Assembly: GCA_050633305.1 (NCBI GenBank)
Contig: JBOEGF010000047.1
Coordinates: 54,514 to 118,513 of the forward strand
DNA: 64,000 nt
Direction: 5' to 3'
Source of the DNA: Nannocystales bacterium
Lineage (GTDB): Bacteria; Myxococcota_A; Polyangia; Nannocystales; Nannocystaceae
Both the position numbers and the translations under genes were made by a program. Under the pieces are notes generated by a model. The model made no database searches, was not told where the DNA came from, and saw nothing but the letters and a program-made list of their open reading frames with translations. This document shows, in pieces, positions 57,161-64,000 of this stretch (positions are counted from its first letter, which is position 1; every line of letters starts with the position of its first letter).

Positions 57161-58456
57161 TCAGCCTTGGAACGCTTCGCTCAGCGCGATGGTCTCTTCG
57201 CGGCCTGGACCCACCGAAGCCAGGACCACCGGCACGCCCACCGCGTCGCTGATCCGGTCGAGGTAGGCCCTCACCGGCGCGGGAATCTCATCGCGGGTGC
57301 GGGCGGCGCGAAGCTTCGGCCCCACCGAGGGATCGTCCCAGCCCTCGACCGTCTCCAGAACGGGCCGTGCGAGCGCGAGATCGTCCTTGCCTGGGCTCCG
57401 GCCATCCTCGTACGCCGTGCACAACTGGATCCTCGGAAGCTCAGCGAGCACGTCGAGCTTGGTGACACACAGCCCAGACATCCCGTTGATGCGAGCCGCG
57501 TACCGGAGCGCGGGAAGGTCGAGCCAGCCGCAATCGCGGGGCCGGCCGGTGGTGGCGCCGAATTCCTTGCCCGCCTTCCGCAAGCCGTTGCCCTCGGCTC
57601 CCTCGACGCGGGTGGGGAACGGCCCGGCCCCGACTCGGGTCGTGTAGGCCTTGGAGATCCCCCAGACCTCATCGATCTGCGTCGGACCGACGCCGATTCC
57701 GGTGCACACGCCGCCGGCGATCGCGTTCGACGACGTGACGAACGGGTACGTGCCGTGGTCCACATCGAGCATCGCCCCTTGTGCGCCCTCAAACAGGACG
57801 CGCTTGCCCGCGTCGATGCTCTCTTGGCAGACCTCGCCAACGTCCGCGGCCATCGGCTCGAGCCAGCGAGCCCAACCGGCAGCGTCCGCCAGCAGTCGGT
57901 CGACGTCCACCCGGTGATCGTGGCCCAGACGCTCGAACTCAGGATCGACGACCGCCTTGCACTGCAGCAGCCGGTCCCGCAGACGGCTGGCGTCGAACAG
58001 GTCGCGCACCCGAATGCCGCGCCGCCCAGCCTTGGCCTCGTACGCCGGCCCAACGCCGCGCCGCGTGGTGCCGATCTGGTTGTCATGGGTGCTCGCCCGG
58101 TCCTCGCGGAGTCCGTCGAGCGCACGGTGGAAGTCGAAGATGAGGTGGGCACCCAACGACACCCGCAGCTCGTTGTTCTGCAACAGCCCCAGCGCCTGGA
58201 GTCCCTCGACCTCTTCCCGAAACACCACCGGGTCGATGACCATGCCCGAACCGAGCGCGCAGATCGTCCCCGGGTAGGTGCAACCCGAGGGAACCAGGTG
58301 CGTGATGATCTGCTGGCCTTCGACGACCAGTGTGTGGCCAGCGTTGTTGCCTCCGGCGAACCTGGCCACGACGTTGGCCTTGGAGGCGAGCACGTCGACA
58401 ACCTTGCCTTTGCCCTCGTCTCCCCACTGCGCTCCCACTACAACCAAAGTCGGCAT
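57161..58456 (-). CDS. purA: Adenylosuccinate synthetase
   Basis: GAQWGDEGKGK, GGNNAGHT, EGAQG, HGTYPFVTSS and GATTGRPR motifs. Confidence 0.97.
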   Translation of the reverse strand: MPTLVVVGAQWGDEGKGKVVDVLASKANVVARFAGGNNAGHTLVVEGQQIITHLVPSGCTYPGTICALGSGMVIDPVVFREEVEGLQALGLLQNNELRVSLGAHLIFDFHRALDGLREDRASTHDNQIGTTRRGVGPAYEAKAGRRGIRVRDLFDASRLRDRLLQCKAVVDPEFERLGHDHRVDVDRLLADAAGWARWLEPMAADVGEVCQESIDAGKRVLFEGAQGAMLDVDHGTYPFVTSSNAIAGGVCTGIGVGPTQIDEVWGISKAYTTRVGAGPFPTRVEGAEGNGLRKAGKEFGATTGRPRDCGWLDLPALRYAARINGMSGLCVTKLDVLAELPRIQLCTAYEDGRSPGKDDLALARPVLETVEGWDDPSVGPKLRAARTRDEIPAPVRAYLDRISDAVGVPVVLASVGPGREETIALSEAFQG

Positions 58457-58468
58457 CGTTTGTTCTCT

Positions 58469-59728
58469 CTACTCTCGGGTCCAATTGGATGGGGTGTCTT
58501 GAACTCGGCGGAACCGAAGCGCCGCCACGCCGCCCGCTTCGTCGGGCTGAAGATAGGTGAGCGCATCGGCCTCGGCATCGAGCGCGACCACTTGCGCGTC
58601 TTTCAGCGAGAGGCCGCTGTGAATCCACGCTCGCTCCCCGGCCGCGCGCGCTGCCGCAGCTTGCCGAGAGGCCTCGATGCGAGCGGCGGGCGCACAATCC
58701 GGGTGCAGGGCGAGCAGGCGGCCCGACCGTCCCTGCCCCGCGGGTCCGCGCTCGCCGAGCGCCTCTTGCAGCGCATCGAGGTCCAACGCAAACCCGGTGG
58801 CAGGCGCGCCCTCGCCAAAACGACCGACCAAGTCGTCGTACCGTCCACCACGAAGAACCGGCGCAGCGACCCCCGGAGCCCACGCTCGTAGACGCGTCCC
58901 CGTGTAGTAGTCGAATCCGCGGACCTCACCGAGGTCGACATCCAGCAGCTCCGCCGCCTGGGGAGACGCCGCGCGCACGTGCTCCACGATGGCCGCCAGT
59001 GTTCGAAGGCCTGCGCCCTCCCCGGCCAGCTCGGTCCTCTGTTCGATGACCTCCGGTCGGCCATATGCATCGCACAGCGAACCGACAGCAGTGGCCTGGG
59101 CGGGAGCGACGCCCTTGCCGAGAAGCAAAGCTTCGAGCCCGCCGCGGTCTTTCCGCGCCAGTCGGGCTTCGACAGCCTGGCGGTCGTCCGAATCCAAGCC
59201 CAGACCATCCAGCACCCGGTGGGCGATGCCCCTATGAGACATGTCGAACCGAAAGCCCCGAAGTCCAACGGACTGCAGCGCCGCATGGGCCAGCCCCACC
59301 AACTCCGCATCCGCAGCCGGGCTCGCGTCCCCGACGAACTCGACACCGACCTGATGCTGTTCCGTCTTCTCCCGGGTGTCTGCCGGCTGACGCACGACAT
59401 CCGCGGTGTAGGCCAAGCGCAGCACGGCATCAGCCGGCCAGGTCGTGCCTCGATGGTGCGCGACCATCCGGGCGATCTGAGGTGTGACGTCGGAGCGCAG
59501 GGCGACCACCTGAGAGGCGGGTCCGGACACGAACCGTACCACGTGGGCGCGGTCGGCCTCAGACAGGCCGGCCGCGAGCACCTCGTAGCGCTCGACCGTC
59601 GGTGTGACGACCTGCCGGTAGCCCCACGCAGCGAAGGATCCAAGCAACGCGTCGACCAACGCACGGCGACGCGCAGCCGCGCGGGGCAGCAGGTCGATGC
59701 CGCTGTCGGTACCGTGAGGACCCCGCAT
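58469..59728 (-). CDS. hisZ: ATP phosphoribosyltransferase regulatory subunit
   Basis: HisRS-like motifs LRSDVTPQIAR, QVGVE, DYYTG and GGRYDDL; adjacent to purA; start 59728 or 59758. Confidence 0.85.
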   Translation of the reverse strand: MRGPHGTDSGIDLLPRAAARRRALVDALLGSFAAWGYRQVVTPTVERYEVLAAGLSEADRAHVVRFVSGPASQVVALRSDVTPQIARMVAHHRGTTWPADAVLRLAYTADVVRQPADTREKTEQHQVGVEFVGDASPAADAELVGLAHAALQSVGLRGFRFDMSHRGIAHRVLDGLGLDSDDRQAVEARLARKDRGGLEALLLGKGVAPAQATAVGSLCDAYGRPEVIEQRTELAGEGAGLRTLAAIVEHVRAASPQAAELLDVDLGEVRGFDYYTGTRLRAWAPGVAAPVLRGGRYDDLVGRFGEGAPATGFALDLDALQEALGERGPAGQGRSGRLLALHPDCAPAARIEASRQAAAARAAGERAWIHSGLSLKDAQVVALDAEADALTYLQPDEAGGVAALRFRRVQDTPSNWTRE

Positions 59729-59735
59729 CAGCCGA

Positions 59736-61034
59736 CTAGCCCTCTTCGCTGGGGGCAAGGTCGTAGAAGACCAGGCCGTTGGGGATCTTCGGGAAGAAGA
59801 ACGTGCTCTTCTGCGGCATCACTTCTCCGCTGTCACAGACCGCCATGACATCTTTGACCGGCGTCGCGTTCATGAAGCAGACCAGCTGGGTCTTGTCGTC
59901 ACCCGACTGCGCCACGGCGATCGACTTCTCGTACGACTTGAAGTAGCGCAGGTTGGTCTTGGCGGCCTGCGCTTCTTTGGTGATGCCCAGGGCACGCTCG
60001 AGGACCAGCTCATGAAGAAGCGCCACGTCGAGATGCTGCAGCGCGGCCGCGACGTCACCGAGTCCGGCAGCCGCGGGGTCGAAGTCGGCCCGGAGCGTGA
60101 GCACCGTGAGCTGCCCCGAACCGGGGACCGTCAGACCGAATGCTGCGCGTTCCTTGCCCGCCTCGGACATGCGGGCCCGCACCGCTTCCGTGTCAGCCGG
60201 CAGGGGCTCGGTGACCACGTCGAAGAACGGCTTGGCCTGCGAGACGACCGCGTCCAGGTCGACGTTCTCCAACCCGTGCACCAGCCGGTGCGTGGGCAAG
60301 ACGACGAGGCCTGGGTCGTCGAGGTTGCTGAGGTAGATCATGCCGTACGCCGCCGAGGGATGGCCGCGCCCCTCGAGCTCATCTCGGAACGCGCACATCG
60401 TCTCGTAGCGATGGTGACCGTCGGCGATGTAGATCGACTTGTCCGCGAGCACGCCCTGTAGCGCCTCAATGGCGGCGGCATCGTCGACCTTCCAAAGCTT
60501 GTGGTCCACGCCCTCGAAGTCGGCGCTGAGGACCGGCTCGCCCTTGACCGGGTCGACCGCGTTTTCCCAAGTCTTGTCCGGGTCGGAGAACATCCCGAAC
60601 ACCAACTCGAGGTGTGCTTCGCAGGCGCGCATCAGCTTGAGCCGGTCCATCTTCGGGCCACTGAGCGTTCGCTCATGGGCGAGAACCGGACCGTTGCCGA
60701 AGCGGGTCAACTCGACCAGTGCCACCAAGCCCTTGCGGGTGTAGGCGGTGCCCAGCGCCTCGAAGCTTTGGTGGTAGACGTACACGCCCGGCTTCTCGTC
60801 CCGGGTCATCGCCTCAGAGACGATCGAGCGAAACGCCGAGGCCCCGCGCGCGTACTTCTCGTCGCCTTCGCCCTCGGGAAGAATGAACCGCATCGCATTG
60901 TGCTCGCTGCGGGCCACGAGTTCCGCCCTTCCCTCCGCGTCGACGACGTCGTAGGGAGGCGCCATCACCGGCGTTGCCGAGGCTCCAGCTTCGAGCGTGT
61001 ATCGCAGGCCGCGGAAGGGACGAATCTTCGCCAT
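59736..61034 (-). CDS. DUF1015 family protein
   Basis: MAKIRPFRGLRY, PPYDVV, HERT, IADGHHRYET and MPQKSTFFFPK motifs. Confidence 0.9.
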   Translation of the reverse strand: MAKIRPFRGLRYTLEAGASATPVMAPPYDVVDAEGRAELVARSEHNAMRFILPEGEGDEKYARGASAFRSIVSEAMTRDEKPGVYVYHQSFEALGTAYTRKGLVALVELTRFGNGPVLAHERTLSGPKMDRLKLMRACEAHLELVFGMFSDPDKTWENAVDPVKGEPVLSADFEGVDHKLWKVDDAAAIEALQGVLADKSIYIADGHHRYETMCAFRDELEGRGHPSAAYGMIYLSNLDDPGLVVLPTHRLVHGLENVDLDAVVSQAKPFFDVVTEPLPADTEAVRARMSEAGKERAAFGLTVPGSGQLTVLTLRADFDPAAAGLGDVAAALQHLDVALLHELVLERALGITKEAQAAKTNLRYFKSYEKSIAVAQSGDDKTQLVCFMNATPVKDVMAVCDSGEVMPQKSTFFFPKIPNGLVFYDLAPSEEG

Positions 61035-61042
61035 GGCGCGCT

Positions 61043-62311
61043 CTATACCACCGTCGCTCGGCGTCCGATATCCCGGCGGAACTGCATCCCGTCGAAGTGA
61101 ATCGTTTCCACCGCCTCGTACGCCCGGCCCAACGCGTCCGTGAGGGCGTCGGCGGTCGCACAGACACCCAGCACCCGGCCCCCCGCGGTTTCGCACCCGC
61201 CCTCCGCCGTCTCGCGCGTCCCCGCGTGAAACACGGTCACCCCGTCGACCGCCGCTGCGTCCTCGAGCCCGCCGATCGCGTCCCCTTTGTGAGACGACGT
61301 CGGATATCCCGCCGAAGCGAGCACCACGCTGGCCGCTGGTGTCCCCGTGAGCCTCCCCTCGCGCAGGGTCCCGGCGACCGCCGCCTGGAGCGTCTCCCCC
61401 AGCGGGGCCTCCAACCCGAGCATCAGTGGCTGGGCTTCGGGGTCACCGAAGCGCACGTTGTACTCGACGACCCAAGGGTCTTCGGCCTCATCGATCATCA
61501 GGCCGACAAACAGCACGCCGACAAACGGGCGGCCCTCGCTGCGCAGCCCCTCCAGCGTCGGCCGCACGATCCGGGCCATCGTCTTGTCGCGAACCACTTC
61601 GGTGAAGATCGGGGCCGGCACGTACGCGCCCATGCCCCCGGTGTTCGGCCCGGTGTCGTTCTCCCCGATACGCTTGTGATCCTGCGCCGGAAGCATCGTC
61701 GCGGCGTGCGTCCCATCGGAGATTACGAAGAAGCTGACTTCTTGGCCTTCGAGCCGTTGCTCGAGCACGACCGTTGCTCCCGCGTCTCCGAATGCTCCGC
61801 CTTCGAGGCAGTCCCGAAGCGCCGCGTCCGCTTCGTCGTGGCTCTGCGCGACCGTCACGCCCTTGCCCGCCGCGAGCCCGTCCGCTTTGACGACCGGTGG
61901 CACCGCAAACGTACGCACGGCAGCCAGCCCCTCCGCAAGCGACGAGACGGTCACGTGACGCGCCGTCGGGATCCCGTGCGCCGCCATGAAGGCCTTCGAC
62001 TCGGCCTTGCTCGCCTCGAGTCGGGCCGCGGCCGCCGAAGGGCCAAACACCGCGACCCCTGCCGCCCGCATCGTGTCCGCCAGACCGTCGACCAAGGGCT
62101 GTTCGGGGCCGACCACGACCACGTCCGCGCCCAAGTCTTGGGCGAGCTGAACCAGGCCCGCGTGGTCCCCAACGGCGAGCGGGTGGTTGGTCCCCACCGC
62201 CGCCAGCCCCAGGTTGCCCGGCGCCGCATGAACCTCGTGGCCCTCGCGATGCAGACGCCAGCCGATCGCGTGTTCTCGACCGCCACCACCGATGATCAGA
62301 AATTTCGCCAT
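61043..62311 (-). CDS. purD: Phosphoribosylamine-glycine ligase
   Basis: GGGGREHA, VGPEQPL, KADGLAAGKGV, QDHKR and GPNTGGMG motifs. Confidence 0.97.
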   Translation of the reverse strand: MAKFLIIGGGGREHAIGWRLHREGHEVHAAPGNLGLAAVGTNHPLAVGDHAGLVQLAQDLGADVVVVGPEQPLVDGLADTMRAAGVAVFGPSAAAARLEASKAESKAFMAAHGIPTARHVTVSSLAEGLAAVRTFAVPPVVKADGLAAGKGVTVAQSHDEADAALRDCLEGGAFGDAGATVVLEQRLEGQEVSFFVISDGTHAATMLPAQDHKRIGENDTGPNTGGMGAYVPAPIFTEVVRDKTMARIVRPTLEGLRSEGRPFVGVLFVGLMIDEAEDPWVVEYNVRFGDPEAQPLMLGLEAPLGETLQAAVAGTLREGRLTGTPAASVVLASAGYPTSSHKGDAIGGLEDAAAVDGVTVFHAGTRETAEGGCETAGGRVLGVCATADALTDALGRAYEAVETIHFDGMQFRRDIGRRATVV

Positions 62312-62381
62312 GGAGAGCTGCTCTTGCCGGCTGTGATGCCGCCCTTGGTATTGCCTGGCCGTGTTGCCTGGAGTTCCGCCG

Positions 62382-64000
62382 CTAGTGTCGGAAGTGACGC
62401 TCGCCGGTCATGATCATCGCGATCCCGTGCTCGTCGGCGGCGGCGATGACCTCGGCGTCTCGCTTGGACCCTCCCGGTTGCACGACCGCGGTCACACCGG
62501 CCGCCGCCGCAGCGTCGACCCCGTCGCGGAACGGGAAGAACCCGTCCGAGGCCAGTACGCTGCCCTGCGCCCGATCGGCCGCCCGTGAGACCGCGCCCCG
62601 AGCAGCCTCGACGCGCGAGGTCTGACCTCCGCCGATGCCCACGGTGGCGCCGTCTTTGGCCAGCACGATCGCGTTGCTTCGGACGTGCTTGGCAACCCGC
62701 CATGCGACCTCGAGTGACGCCATCTCCACGGCGGTGGGAGCCCGCTTCGTGGCCACAGTGGCATCCGTCGGTGCGACGCCCAAACGGTCCTCGCGTTGGA
62801 CGAGGAGCCCGCCGAACACGGTCCGAACCTTCAGCGGGGGAACCGGTCCCCCCGCGTCAAACATCCCGGGCAACTCCAAGACCCGCAGGTTCTTCTTGGC
62901 CCGAAGAAGCTCGAGCGCTTCCCCGGAGAACGCGGGGGCGATGACGACCTCGATGAACGTCTCGACGACCTTCGCCGCCGTGGCGGCGTCCATCGCTTCG
63001 GTCAACGACACGATGCCCCCGAACGCACTCTCGGCGTCCGCCTCTCTCGCCGCCTCGTAGACTTCGGCGAGCGACTGGGACCCATGGGCGATCGCAGCTC
63101 CGCACGGCGTGGCGTGCTTGAACACGGCCGCGGCCCGCCCCAGAGGCTGAAGGTCGCGGATGATGTCGATGGCCGCGTCGACATCCAGCAGGTTGTTGTA
63201 CGAGAGCGCCTTGCCCTGGTGGACGCGGGCGTCCGCAATACCGGGCCGGCTGTCCGAGCCCGGTGTGGCGATGAAGGCCGCCGATTGATGCGGGTTCTCG
63301 CCGTAGCGAAGTTCGCCCTGCACAGGGCGCGGACCGTCGGCCTCGCGCGTGGGAGGCTGCTCCCCACCCACGAACACCATGCTGGGCACACCCGCCGCAC
63401 CCATGGCAGTGCCAGCATCGTCGTGCCGCGCAAGGTATTGGGCGATCGCGGCGTCGTAGGCCGCAGTGTGCCCGAAGGCCTTGCGGCTCAAGGCCCGCCG
63501 AACCGGGTCGGGCACCGTCCCCTCGTGCTCCCCGAGGGCCGCGCCCAGCTGCGCGTAGTCGTCGGGGTCCACGACCACCGTGACCCGCGGCCAGTTCTTC
63601 GCCGAGGCCCGCACCATCGTGGGGCCACCAATGTCGATGTTTTCGATCGCGGTCTCGAAGCTACAATCCGGCTTCGCGATGACCTGGGTGAACGGATAGA
63701 GGTTCACCACGACGAGGTCGATGGGCGGGATGTCGTGCTCCGCTGCCTCGGCCGCATGCTCCGGGGTGGGCAACGCCAGGATGCCGCCGTGAATCTTCGG
63801 ATGCAGGGTCTTGACCCGGCCGCCCAACACCTCGGGCGAGCCCGTGTAGTCACTGACCTTGACTGCCGCAACACCCAGCTCGGTCAGCGCCTTGTAGGTG
63901 CCGCCGGTCGAGAGCACCTCGACTTTGTGCTCGACCAAGACCTTGGCCAGGGTTGCGAGGTTGCGTTTGTCGGAGACACTGACGAGGGCTCGACGGATCC
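62382..64000 (-). CDS. purH: Bifunctional AICAR transformylase / IMP cyclohydrolase (5' end beyond the window)
   Basis: [40 protein letters not shown] and TGERHFRH motifs. Confidence 0.96.
   Translation of the reverse strand, partial: IRRALVSVSDKRNLATLAKVLVEHKVEVLSTGGTYKALTELGVAAVKVSDYTGSPEVLGGRVKTLHPKIHGGILALPTPEHAAEAAEHDIPPIDLVVVNLYPFTQVIAKPDCSFETAIENIDIGGPTMVRASAKNWPRVTVVVDPDDYAQLGAALGEHEGTVPDPVRRALSRKAFGHTAAYDAAIAQYLARHDDAGTAMGAAGVPSMVFVGGEQPPTREADGPRPVQGELRYGENPHQSAAFIATPGSDSRPGIADARVHQGKALSYNNLLDVDAAIDIIRDLQPLGRAAAVFKHATPCGAAIAHGSQSLAEVYEAAREADAESAFGGIVSLTEAMDAATAAKVVETFIEVVIAPAFSGEALELLRAKKNLRVLELPGMFDAGGPVPPLKVRTVFGGLLVQREDRLGVAPTDATVATKRAPTAVEMASLEVAWRVAKHVRSNAIVLAKDGATVGIGGGQTSRVEAARGAVSRAADRAQGSVLASDGFFPFRDGVDAAAAAGVTAVVQPGGSKRDAEVIAAADEHGIAMIMTGERHFRH

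Overview
This is GC-rich (roughly 70% by eye) bacterial chromosomal DNA. The gene content points to Myxococcota, probably Nannocystaceae (inference): many Hanks-type kinases, FHA/TPR proteins, AgmX/GltJ-like proteins and Cys-rich lipoproteins. Much of the window is housekeeping: cystathionine beta-synthase, lspA, ppk2, hslVU, purN/purA/purD/purH, hisZ, large NAD-glutamate dehydrogenase, pepP, lysC, recG, ltaE and tRNA-Cys. The most notable accessory element is a ~16 kb pair of divergent operons (9335-25176). The leftward arm carries two unknown proteins, a MoxR/RavA-type AAA+ ATPase, an atypical vWA protein and a TPR/HEAT solenoid. The rightward arm carries a TPR-FHA protein, a soluble Ser/Thr kinase, a lectin-like lipoprotein, an NLR-like kinase/cyclase-like/STAND/TPR protein and a second lipoprotein. 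It resembles MoxR-vWA ternary conflict systems but has a kinase/FHA arm and no FtsH or beta-propeller gene visible here. Other signals: repeated -10 boxes directly before start codons (a leaderless-mRNA signature); an AT-rich AAAACTAA motif around two tandem Cys-rich lipoproteins; a pseudokinase split by one TAG; an uncalled 38-aa membrane ORF; an ECF sigma/kinase module; and a probable internal beta-subunit start in lysC. I saw no CRISPR array, rRNA, integrase or transposase. All calls come from reading motifs by eye; no database searches were run, and several start codons were chosen manually.
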